A DNA stretch of 64,000 nt from an uncultured Candidatus Saccharibacteria bacterium (GTDB taxonomy: Bacteria > Patescibacteriota > Minisyncoccia > Phycocordibacterales > UBA9973): the NCBI GenBank assembly GCA_964502615.1, contig CAZCXF010000004.1, positions 7,199 to 71,198 on the forward strand. The letters are read 5' to 3'. The notes beneath the pieces were generated by a model, which searched no databases, had not been told where the DNA came from, and saw only the letters and a list, made by a program, of their open reading frames with translations. Shown one piece after another: positions 27,068 to 37,700 of the stretch. Each line of letters begins with the position of its first letter. Position 1 is the stretch's first letter. The position numbers were made by a program, and so were the translations under genes.

Positions 27068-27998
27068 AAGTCTTCTTTATCCCCTCTTCAAAATTAGTTT
27101 TGGCCTTGAAGCCTAGCTCATCTCGAAGCTCATCTGTATTTATAGAATATCTAAAGTCATTTCCCTTTCTGTCTGGTACATATTCGATACTAGATTCATC
27201 CACTCCTCCCAGTGCTAGTATTTTATCTGTAATCTCTTTATTAGTCAGTTCGTTGTTGGCACCTATATTATATATTCCCCCCGATACTCCTTTGTGGAAA
27301 ATTATATCAATAGCTTCTACATGATCCCCTACATATATCCAATCCCTTACATGTTCACCTTTTGCATGAAGTGGAACTTTCTTACCTTCAAGCAAAAGTT
27401 TTATAAACTTAGGTACCAACTTTGTATAATCTTGATTGGGACCATAATTATTTGTACATCTAGATATTATTGTATCTAAGCCATACATTTCATGATAAGT
27501 GCGCACGATCAAATCGGCAGAAGCCTTTGATGCACTATATGGATTATTTGGTAAGAGAGGTGAATTTCTATCAAAAGATTTATCGCCGATTTTTAGTGAT
27601 CCATAAACTTCATCCGTTGATATCTGGAAAAATCTATTAATTTTATATTTGCGAGCAAGTTCAAGCAAGTTGTGAGTACCTAAAATATTTGTCTCTATAA
27701 ATAGTCTCGGGTCTTCGATACTTGCGTCTACATAACTCTCTGCAGCAAAATGTATTATGTCAGTTATCTGATAAAGGGAGAATATTTTTTCAAGTGAAAC
27801 AGTATCTCTTATATCTACTTTCTCAAACTTATAATTCTCTTCTTTATCTACCGTGACATTCGCAATATCTCCTGCAGAAGTTAGGCAATCGATATTTATA
27901 AAAAAGTAATTCTTATATTTAGGTACATAAATATTTAGGAAATTACTCCCTATAAATCCCATGCCTCCTGTGACCAAAATTGTTTTATCGTATTTCAT
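27033..27998 (-). CDS. rfbB: dTDP-glucose 4,6-dehydratase
   Basis: 'ILVTGGMGFIGSNF' and 'YSASKASADLIVRTYHEMYGLDTIISRCTNNYGPNQ' catalytic YxxxK. 321 aa. Confidence 0.9.
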   Translation of the reverse strand: MKYDKTILVTGGMGFIGSNFLNIYVPKYKNYFFINIDCLTSAGDIANVTVDKEENYKFEKVDIRDTVSLEKIFSLYQITDIIHFAAESYVDASIEDPRLFIETNILGTHNLLELARKYKINRFFQISTDEVYGSLKIGDKSFDRNSPLLPNNPYSASKASADLIVRTYHEMYGLDTIISRCTNNYGPNQDYTKLVPKFIKLLLEGKKVPLHAKGEHVRDWIYVGDHVEAIDIIFHKGVSGGIYNIGANNELTNKEITDKILALGGVDESSIEYVPDRKGNDFRYSINTDELRDELGFKAKTNFEEGIKKTFEFYKNRLNAK

Positions 27999-28004
27999 AG
28001 GTTA

Positions 28005-28745
28005 CTATTTGTGGAAAAGTTTTGTCTTAAAGCCCAGTTTCGCCAAAACATAATAGAATAATACTCCAAAAGTAGCAAATGCGTAAACAATGCTTCTTTT
28101 TATACTTATAGATGTATGTTCTTTCATATATAGTCCTCTGACTGGTACTTCTCCTATTTTGAATTTTTTATATACGATCTGAGCAATTATTTCAAAGCTA
28201 AATAAATAGTCATTAGAAGTATGGGTTAAATCTACACTTTGTATTGACTCTTTGCTATATACTCTTGCTCCAGTGTGGAGCTCGCTAGTACGAACTCCTA
28301 AGATTATCCGATCAATAAAAGTAAGAGATAGGTTGGCTATATATCTTATTAATGGCATCTTATCTTTGAGTGGTTGCCTTAAATCTGTAAATCGTGACCC
28401 AAGCACTAAACCATAACCATTTTTTATTTTTTCAAGTGCGGGTTTTATAAAAGATATATCATACTGACCATCACCGTGTATTTCTACTATATAATCTGCT
28501 CCAAGTTCAAGCGCTTTATTCATCCCGTATTTCATATTACCTCCATAACCAAGCTTAGGATGAGAAAAACATTTGATTCCAAGTTTCTTGGCAACTTCTT
28601 CAGTATTATCTCCAGATTCATCATTTGTAATAAATACTTCATCGAGTACGTCCATTGGAAGCTTTTTTTGTAAATCTTCCAAAAAATTTGCACACTTATA
28701 TGTAAGGATTACTCCTATTACTTTTTTATGATTATTTATTTCCAT
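28005..28745 (-). CDS. Family 2 glycosyltransferase (polyprenyl-phosphate sugar synthase, GtrB/Dpm1-like)
   Basis: 'VIGVILTYKCANFLEDL…ITNDESGDNTEEVAKKLG' GT-A DxD-region motifs. C-terminal TM. Confidence 0.75.
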   Translation of the reverse strand: MEINNHKKVIGVILTYKCANFLEDLQKKLPMDVLDEVFITNDESGDNTEEVAKKLGIKCFSHPKLGYGGNMKYGMNKALELGADYIVEIHGDGQYDISFIKPALEKIKNGYGLVLGSRFTDLRQPLKDKMPLIRYIANLSLTFIDRIILGVRTSELHTGARVYSKESIQSVDLTHTSNDYLFSFEIIAQIVYKKFKIGEVPVRGLYMKEHTSISIKRSIVYAFATFGVLFYYVLAKLGFKTKLFHK

Positions 28746-30792
28746 CTTGTAACTTTGATTCTTCTTCAGCGATAATTTCTTGCCATTTTTTTACATCTGG
28801 ATTATTTGGTTCTATTTCCATCTCTTTTTTTACCATCTCTTTTGTTCTTGCCAACTGTCCAGTTCTAAGATACGCAAGAGCAAGATAACTATAAGATTCC
28901 CAAGTTCCCCAACCATTTTTTATTGCGTTTTCTAAATATATAGCCGCTAAATAAGGATTTGAATTAGCTTGATCAGCTTTTCTTAATTCTGTTCTACCAA
29001 GTACCATCCATACCTTCCCTCGAGTTGGATCCAAAGAAACAACTTTTTGATAGAATTGCATAGACAGATCAACTCTACCTACCAGATTACATATATCTGC
29101 AGCAGCTATCAAATCTTGAGTTTTGCCAGAAGTAGATAGAAAATCTATTTTGCTTAAAATATTATCGTTTGTTATCTGATATTTATCTATAACTTTTTTA
29201 TTTTCTATATTGTTTTTAACCAATATAACTACACTATTATCTAAATATACCCAAACCCAGCTAGGATCGTATATTCTTCTATAAATAAAATCCCGCGCTC
29301 CATCTAGGGCGTCATAATGATAAAAAATAATAGTATTAAAATTGTAACTTTTGTCCAATTGTTTCCAACTATCCTCGTTCCTGATTGCCGGTAAATATAT
29401 ATCACTAAAAAAAGAAGCGGAGTAAGCATCTCCAAAACGATTATCAGTGAAAACTTTTTCTTTTGGATATAGTGTTCCTATTAAATAACTTCCTATATCA
29501 GTATCATTAAATATAGGACCCTTTAGATTATTGGCTTTAAAAAATTTAATTGGATCTTCAGAATATCTGGTCAGGCCTATCCCTTGTTCCATCGAATTCA
29601 TTAATTTAGTCTGACCAGCAAAAATAAGATAAATTATTAGAACAGGAAAGAATCCAAAAAAAGTATATCTTATTAAATTCTTAAAATTTGGCAGTTTTGA
29701 ATATAATTTTTCTTTCAACCAAATAAATGGACCATTTAAATTGCTAACAACTGCAGGTAAGAAAATTATTGCAAACAATGGTAAACCTCTTACTATAATA
29801 AATGGCAAAATAGTTGAACCAATAGAAGCTAAAAAATAGAATATGTAGTTATCTCCCCAAATTGGTAAGTGGTTCTTCTTACGGTAGATAAATGCGATTA
29901 CGAAACTTAAAAACAAAACTAGTATCGAAGGGAAAAATACTGTAGCAGATATTGTATCCCATCCAGGCGCTAAATTATGAGCATTTATTATAGGCGTGAT
30001 CTCTCCACTTGAGATTGGAAAAGTGGCAGAAGTATTGACCATCAATGAGAAAACAACACCCCATAATCCAAATGGGTTTATAAAAGATACCGCTATCAAA
30101 GATACAAATACAATTGAGAGTTTTTTAATTATTTGATTTTTAAAGATTTTCTTTCTATTTAGAATTAAATTTTGAACCAGAAAACCCAAAACCATCATAA
30201 TACCTACCCCAAACAAGAGATGAGTATTAACCCATATAAGCTGTATCGGTATTAACCAAAAAATCCTTTTACTATTGGGATTCTTCTGTAAATGTAGAAG
30301 TAAATAGAGGAATAGAACAACAAATAGAAAACTAAATATCTCTGGCCTGAAAGCAGTACGATTTATAAGTATAAATATTGTGGGTATTGAGAGTAATGCG
30401 GTAAGATAAAAACTTTTATTTTTTTGGGTTAGATAAAAAAGTAATCCAAACATCCCAAGTAGAAGGATGATTTTAAATATAACCATACCACCGAAACCAA
30501 CTGTCAGATAAAGAACATAGGCAAGGACTCCATAGAGCCAGTGATGATTTGCAAAGTGTTGATTGGGTTCTGTATATGAGTAAACATTTTTTGTAAAAAC
30601 ATCATAATTCCCCGCTAACACATCTACTCCGTTTTGCATTTGGCGAGGTAAATCTTGTGCTACTGGTAAACTGATTTTATACACAAGAAAAGATCCATAC
30701 AGTGCTATGAGTAGTGTAAAAATTATTATCTTGAAAGATTTCGAGTTAAGCATCGGAAATTTATTAAGCGATTTATAACTTTCTGGAATCAA
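28732..30792 (-). CDS. Polytopic membrane protein (~12 TM) with C-terminal TPR repeats; probable GT-C-fold glycosyltransferase (TMTC/PMT-like, GtrC-analogous)
   Basis: Many TM helices, then 'FYQKVVSLDPTRGKVWMVLGRTEL…YSYLALAYLRTGQ' TPRs. Operon context with GT2 and GtrA. Confidence 0.45.
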   Translation of the reverse strand: MIPESYKSLNKFPMLNSKSFKIIIFTLLIALYGSFLVYKISLPVAQDLPRQMQNGVDVLAGNYDVFTKNVYSYTEPNQHFANHHWLYGVLAYVLYLTVGFGGMVIFKIILLLGMFGLLFYLTQKNKSFYLTALLSIPTIFILINRTAFRPEIFSFLFVVLFLYLLLHLQKNPNSKRIFWLIPIQLIWVNTHLLFGVGIMMVLGFLVQNLILNRKKIFKNQIIKKLSIVFVSLIAVSFINPFGLWGVVFSLMVNTSATFPISSGEITPIINAHNLAPGWDTISATVFFPSILVLFLSFVIAFIYRKKNHLPIWGDNYIFYFLASIGSTILPFIIVRGLPLFAIIFLPAVVSNLNGPFIWLKEKLYSKLPNFKNLIRYTFFGFFPVLIIYLIFAGQTKLMNSMEQGIGLTRYSEDPIKFFKANNLKGPIFNDTDIGSYLIGTLYPKEKVFTDNRFGDAYSASFFSDIYLPAIRNEDSWKQLDKSYNFNTIIFYHYDALDGARDFIYRRIYDPSWVWVYLDNSVVILVKNNIENKKVIDKYQITNDNILSKIDFLSTSGKTQDLIAAADICNLVGRVDLSMQFYQKVVSLDPTRGKVWMVLGRTELRKADQANSNPYLAAIYLENAIKNGWGTWESYSYLALAYLRTGQLARTKEMVKKEMEIEPNNPDVKKWQEIIAEEESKLQDGNK

Positions 30793-31759
30793 ATTCCTTA
30801 TAGATTACTCCTGAAAGATCTTGGATTATTTTAGTTAGATCATTAAAATCATTACCTCGAGTCATTATACATATGAGATAAGGATTTTTAGGATAGTAGA
30901 CTATGCCACAATCATGTAGTTGTTTTTTGTTGTTAGGTAGATCGGAGCGTTCTCCGAATTTATGCGCAACTTTTAAATTTTTAGGAACTCCTTTTATTAT
31001 GCCATCATTAAAATCAGTATCACTTAATATAGATAAGGCTTTTTCAGATGTCTCTTGTTTATTGAAGAATGAAGAGTGGAAAAGCTGAGTAAATATACCT
31101 GCGTATGATTTAACTGTTACAGTTTGGTCATAGTCATTTTTGGGGTCTACAATACCCAAATCTACATCTGTTTCAAGCAATAAATCTTCTTTAGGACTAG
31201 CAATACTCAAATATTTTAAGAGGCCAAAATACGCACGGTTGTCAGAATACTTTATCATTCTTCTTAAGAGGTCATCTATTGAGTATTCTACGTCTTCCTG
31301 TATTAACGCTTTCGGAGAAAAAAATTGTTCTGAATAGTCCTCTATTTTAGGAAAGGCTATTTTTCTATCTAGGAAATTATCATGCCTATCTTCGTTAATT
31401 CTAAGATATGTTATAAGTAAGGGTAATTTTAGAAGACTAGCGGGAGAAAATTGTATATGTTCATCTATGCCCATTGTTGGGCCATTTATAAGGTCACGAA
31501 AATATATTGATACATTATCGGCTTTTTTTTCTGCAATCTTTGTCGCAATCATATTCTCTAGGTCATTTTTTAATTTTATATAGTTACTTTTATTAACTAC
31601 ATATTTTTGCATACATTTTAGCTTTGGGTTTATATGTTCAAATTTGGAAGAAACACAATTTTGACTATTATTTATTGAACTGCTAGTAAAAAACCCAGCA
31701 AAAAAAATGATGGTAAATAAAAATAACTGTAAGATTATTCTTTTAAAATTCTTACTCAT
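30773..31759 (-). CDS. Secreted class-A beta-lactamase-fold serine hydrolase (PBP/beta-lactamase-like)
   Basis: SxxK 'PASLLK', SDN 'YSDN' and a KxG-like 'HKFGE'. Signal/TM N-terminus. Confidence 0.5.
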   Translation of the reverse strand: MSKNFKRIILQLFLFTIIFFAGFFTSSSINNSQNCVSSKFEHINPKLKCMQKYVVNKSNYIKLKNDLENMIATKIAEKKADNVSIYFRDLINGPTMGIDEHIQFSPASLLKLPLLITYLRINEDRHDNFLDRKIAFPKIEDYSEQFFSPKALIQEDVEYSIDDLLRRMIKYSDNRAYFGLLKYLSIASPKEDLLLETDVDLGIVDPKNDYDQTVTVKSYAGIFTQLFHSSFFNKQETSEKALSILSDTDFNDGIIKGVPKNLKVAHKFGERSDLPNNKKQLHDCGIVYYPKNPYLICIMTRGNDFNDLTKIIQDLSGVIYKEFDSRKL

Positions 31760-31762
31760 AAA

Positions 31763-34700
31763 TTAGGTTGTTGTTGGTGGCGGAGTGTTGTCAGCTGGTG
31801 GTGGGTTACTACCTCCATCTGTTGGTGGTTGCGTATTGTCAGCTGGTGGTGGGTTACTACCTCCATCTGTTGGTGGTTGCGTATTGTCAGCTGGTGGTGG
31901 GTTGTTACTGCCTCCATCTGTTGGTGGCGGATTTGTTGGAACTGGATCAGGAGTAAGGCCTGTTTCCTCTAAGATACTTTCAAATATTTTTGGGTCTTTT
32001 ACTGAAAATACTGTCCATGAGAATCTTATATCTCTATTCGGTGTTTTATTCAAAAGTATTGTGAACCCTGTTTGGTCTTTATCGACTACTATATATCTTA
32101 TATCTTCTCCAAACAAACTCGCTGCGGCACTATCATCAACATTGTCATCTTTTTCAAAAGTCATAGATGCGTTTACAACTGGAGTTGAAATATATGGCTT
32201 ATCAAATACTATTTTTGCTCTCCTGTCCCCTGCTTTTATGAGTGCATAACCAGCAGTATCTTTATTAAACAATGGCGGTAATGAAAATTCCGCTTGCTTG
32301 CTGAAAACAACATCACCATCAAATGTTGTTGTATTGGAGAAGAAGGATAAGCCATTAAATTTCGCTTGACCTGCAAATGAACTATCACCTGTAACTGAGA
32401 GCATATTCATTGTAAATCCATTTACATTTCCATCGGCATCTTTAGTCAAGAAACTTTCGATAACTTTTAGCCTTGTATCGAGGTCTGTTCCACTTGTTGT
32501 AAGCCCTGCGATAGTAGTACTTGCAGTAGTAAGATCTTCTTGCAATTTTTTAATATCTGCTTGAGCAATAGTCAAAGCACTAGATAGTGTATTCATACCC
32601 TCCGCAGTTAGAGTAAAGGCTTGTTGTCCCTCAGCAAGAGAATTAATCTGATCGGTAATTGCTTGTACTCCGGATATATCTCCCAATTTAATATCGTGTG
32701 CTGTGACAGTACCTTTAAATGTTGCATTGCCAAGACTATCAAATACGATAGCTGGATTTACACTATTTGAAGTATTTGTACCATCTTTAGTACCTATTAT
32801 AAACTTACCATTTTCGTTTAGTATTAGATTTATATCATCACCCGTAGCAGATTTGAGAGTATTTGTTGCAAGTACATCCGTCGTAATTTTTGGAGTTATT
32901 ATTTCAACTGCAGCAACTAGCCTATCTGCATATAAGTCAGACATGTCTAGTGTATTTGCATTAGGATCTACCGTTGGACCTGGAGCAGTGCGTGATGCGA
33001 CAACATCGCTTAACAATTTAGCAAGAACTTTTTGACCAAATTCCTGTTTATCAGCAACTGGGGCTTCTGGAGTATTTGGTGTATCACCTGTATTTGGAGT
33101 AAGACCACTTAGTAGAGTAGAGTCTTCAGTTATAGATTCCAACTTCTGACCGTTGTAGTATCCAGGTTGAACGAACAATATAACCACACCCATACGATCT
33201 GGATCAACATTTGGATCATCAACTGCAGGATTCCAACCAGTCAAAGCTTGACCTATAACATGACCTGCTTTTGTAGCCTTCATAGCCCAGCCTGGATGCG
33301 AGGATGTTGTAAGATAATCACCTGGTTTGATAATACCATTCATAGCAGATACTTTTACTGGAACACGTCCAGCCAAGGCAAGGACAACACTCTTTGCTCC
33401 TTGTCTTAGCATTCCTGAACCCATCACCATATCTGGTTGAGTTGATATAACTCCAGCAACATTAGAATCGTATTTTTTACTACTCATTTTTACACCGGCT
33501 TCAAGATCAGGATCAAATGATACGACATCAGCAGCTTCAATAAGTGGATCATTAGTTGCATAAAATTCTCCGAGGTCGGCACCAGATGCTCCACGAATTT
33601 CAATAATACGTACTTCTCCACGGCCTCCGTTACCTCCAGCACCTCCGGTAACTCCAGGACCTCCACCTCCTCCACCACCACCAGGATTTCCTCCGTTACC
33701 TCCAGCACCTCCAACTCCAGCAGCAGCATTGTTCGCTCCTCCTCCACCTCCTCCGTATCCAGCAGTACCAGTAGAGTTTGCATCTGCAGAGTTTGCACCA
33801 TTTCCTCCAGCTCCTGCTGCGGCTCCTCCTCCAGCTCCTCCTCCTCCAGCAACCCAGTTTTGAGTTCCTCCAGATTTTCCTCCAGCTCCTCCTGCTGATG
33901 CAGCGTTGTTTCCAAGAACTTGTCCTCCAGCTCCTCCTCCACCTCCTCCCCATATTGAAGTTCCTCCAGCTCCTCCTGTAACAAGAGCAGCGTTGTTTGA
34001 TCCAGCAGTTGAACCTCCTCCACCTCCTCCGTATATTGCAGAACCTCCGGCACCAGCGGCAGTGTTTGTAGCTGTACCTCCTCCACCTCCTCCGAATTGA
34101 CCTCCGGATGCGTTAGCAGCACCTCCGTTTGGACCTCCTCCAGTACCTCCAGTTGCAGATGGAGAGTTTGAACCGACAGCGCCAGTACCTCCTCCACCTC
34201 CTCCACCAGACCCAGCAGCAGCTATACCTCCCTTACCTCCTCTACCTCCACCATAAGCTTCAATAAATACAGTTGATGTAGCAGAACAAGCCGCATTTAC
34301 AGAGACACATGCAGTATCTCCAGCAGTACCGTTTGTAGCACTTGCACCTCCAGTCACAGCTGCAGGAGCTTGAACGTTTACAGCAGATGAAGTAAAGTTT
34401 GCACCATCAAATGTTTTTGTAACATATGCTCCTCCTCCACCTCCTGAACCTCCCATACGAGGGTTTGCTACTGCAGCTGCCTGTCCTCCACCTCCTGAAC
34501 CTCCTCCTCCGATTGCTTCAATAATCAAAGATTTAACACCTGCTTTTTTGGTGTAAGTAGTGTTTGAAGTAAATACGTTGTAGTTTACATCACCACAAGT
34601 TGCGACAGTGATAGTACCGTTTGTATCCATATTCATACAACCGTTTGCTGATGGTTTGTCAGGAAGAGTGATTGTATAGTCTGTAGTTATTGAAGCTGGT

Positions 34701-37700
34701 GCACTTATACTAACTGAATTTGTTCCGTTACCTGTATTTGTTTCAAACATTCTTACACCAACATCCCAACCAGCACCGATTGATATCGCACTTTCCGTTG
34801 CAGATGTACCTGTTATATTTGCAATTGTTAGACCATTGAATAAATCAGTAGAGCTTACTCCTGTAGATATTGGTGTGAATGCAAGATTTATACCAGATAT
34901 TGTTCCACCAGATGTCATGTCTCCTGCTTCCCAAGCAATAGAAAGTGCTTCTGTACTAGCTGTAACCATTCCAGTTGTTCCACCGGTAAGATCTATTTTC
35001 ATTGCATCGGCTGTTGGAATAGTTCCATTTGTTGTATTTTCAATTGTAAATTGAGTATCTGCAGCATCTCCATATAGAAGGTTTAATCTGTCAGAAGCAG
35101 TTGTTTTATTTATCACGCCTGCTGATGAAGTAAATGATCCTGCTCCACCTCCAGTAGCATCAGTAGCACAACTCCAGACTGAAGTTGATTCAGTCCATTT
35201 TAATATTTCTCCGTCTGCACAACCTTGAAGCAAACCTATTGCTGTAGTATTTCCTACTTCAAGACCAGAACCGTTAGATGTAGAACCAGTACCGTCTGAA
35301 CTTGTCAGAGTAAGGGCTGTACTTGCATCGATTGTTCCTGCTGCAGTCGTAAGAGTTATATTACTTGAACCAGCTTGAATAGTACCTTGGGTATCCAAGT
35401 TACCACTAGTTGCAACTGTAAAGTTTGTAAAGCCAATCAAATTTGTACCAGCCGTTGTTCCCCCGATAACTGTATCCCAACCAGAACCAACTCTAATAGC
35501 AGTTTCTGTCGCAGTTCCAGCAGTTATACCTCCTATGTCCAATCCTATTTGAGTTCCAGCAGAACCAGAAGAAGCTCCGTTTATCAGTATTCCTGTAGAT
35601 GAAACAACAGAAGTAGAAGCAGTATTATTTACTCTTAATCCATTCCAAGTACAGGTCGCTCCACCAGTACACGCAGTAAATGTTGGTGCACCCACATTTA
35701 TAGCATTGAGTGTTTTTACCCCTGAAGTTGCATTGGTTGTGTTGAAATTTGAATCAATATTAATACCATTTGTAGTTGAAGTAAGTGCACCTCCTGTTGC
35801 CGAACCATTACTTACTGAAAGGTTAACAAGGCTTCCTGTCTGACCATTTGCATGACTATATGTTGCACCAGAGACATTGATTGCCCCTCCGGTGGTAAGT
35901 GTTCCATTAGAAATTCCGACATCGAGAGCATACCCAGTAGTGAGGTTGTTAGCAGAGATTGATTGCACTTTACCTGAACTTGCACTGTTTGCAGTTATAT
36001 TGAATATTCCTGTACCAGTGTAAACACCAGTATTTGTAATTCCAAGGTTTGTACCTGTAGTTGCATTAGAATCTATATCAAAGAGTGCATCTGGAGTAGT
36101 ATCAGCTATACCGACATTTCCAGAAGTATCAATTGTAAGAGGAACTATTCCACCAAATGGATAATAAATAAAGAATTTACTAGCAAGACTGAGGGCTGTT
36201 TCATTTGTATTTCCCACTCCAATGCTCCACTCCTGTCCACCCGCGATTGCCATTTGAGTATATCCATTTGTTGCGGTAGATGTATTTAGAATTTTAGTAA
36301 CAGGAGTATAAGCAGCACCATCATTTGTGAAATATCCAGCAAAATTATTATTACCTCCAGTAGCCTGACCATATACTCCGTAATTGTCTGCTCCACCACT
36401 TGATGCGTTACCATATACACCGATATTTACCGGAGTTCCGGCGGTTCTCGTATGACTATTGTCGAAATATCCAGCGTAAGTCGTAATTGTAGTCCCAACG
36501 TTACCAGCCAAAGTTACACTTAATCCTTTTTGTCCGTTTGCAGCAGTAGTTCCGTTTGAAGAAAGTGATAGCAATGATCCTGATGTAAGCCCATTCCCTG
36601 TAATACTTGCAAGCGTACCAGTTGTTGCAGAGTTAGCAGTAAGATTAAATATCCCAGTTCCTGTATAGACACCAGTGTTCGTGATGCCGAGATCAGCACC
36701 GGTTGTATTTGTGGTGTTGAGTGTTACAACATCATTTGCTGTTGTTGCTGAGAGTGTTGTACCAGAACGTGACCAATATCCGATAGCACCAGATGTAGGA
36801 GCAGTTGTAGTGAGAGTTCCGTTACCACCTGAAGTATATAGTGGACCGTTAGAGGTTAGAGCTGAGAATTGAATTGTTCCAGAAGATATAATACCGGCTG
36901 CTGAAGCAATAGCCCCAGAAGAGTTGACTTGGAATTCAGATCCTGGGCCTACAGTAAATAATGAGTTCGGACTAATATCACCTCCAATATTTAAATTATT
37001 ACTTGTGTCTATATATATAGATGTTCCTGCATTAGAACCTATCTGTACTGGATAATTACCTGATGAACCAAACATTGATCCGCCTCCATCAGCATAAATA
37101 TATGCTTCGGCATTTGTACTTGCATCACGAACTGAAATTGAAGAGGAACCATTATTTTGGAAAATTGCTAATTCAGTACTTGCTATGTCTGATACATCAT
37201 TACCTGCACCGACATGGAGTTTATATTGAGGAGCTGTATTAGCTATACCCACATTCCCCGCATTAAATATAGCCGCATAATTATTATCCGCACCTGATGC
37301 TGTTGCGTATAGACCAATCGCAGTTGATGCTCCCGCAGTATCTCCTGTCGCTGCGAAATATCCACCGTAAGTATTTACTGTTCCTGCAGCTGTTCGGCCT
37401 GTGTTGTCTGCCGTGTTGTATGAACCATATAAAGTATAAGTACCAGTTGCAGTATCTGCACCTGTTTTTGAGGCGTTGTTATAGATACCATATGCTGTCT
37501 GACTTACTGATGCCCCTGCAACTACAGCAGAAGATGTCCAGAAATTTTGAAGTCCGTATGATGCAGTGAGTGCACCTGTTCCTGTTTGTGTGGTTGAGAA
37601 TCGTGCTCCAGGTACAAAATCACTGCTAGATGTTGCGTTTAGTCTTAACACACCACTTGAACTTGAAGCTGTCGCATTTGTAAATGTAAACCCGCTAGTA

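Noticed and set aside
31787-31930. 48-bp direct repeats considered as a possible CRISPR array
   Set aside because: The units are contiguous with no unique spacers, lie inside a coding frame encoding a Pro-rich peptide repeat, and no cas genes are nearby.
31768-32249. Plus-strand ORFs with repeated 'LLPPSVGG' / 'LVVGYYLHLLVVAYCQ' peptides
   Set aside because: They are antisense translations of the 48-bp tandem repeat at the 3' end of the giant gene, an artefact of the repeat.
33490-34206. Minus-strand ORFs (238 aa and 85 aa) with 'EEVEEV'/'RRSWRR' repeats inside the giant gene region
   Set aside because: They are alternate-frame readings of the giant gene's Gly-rich (GGNGGNGG) low-complexity coding segment. 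The long in-frame giant ORF explains the DNA, so they are not independent genes.
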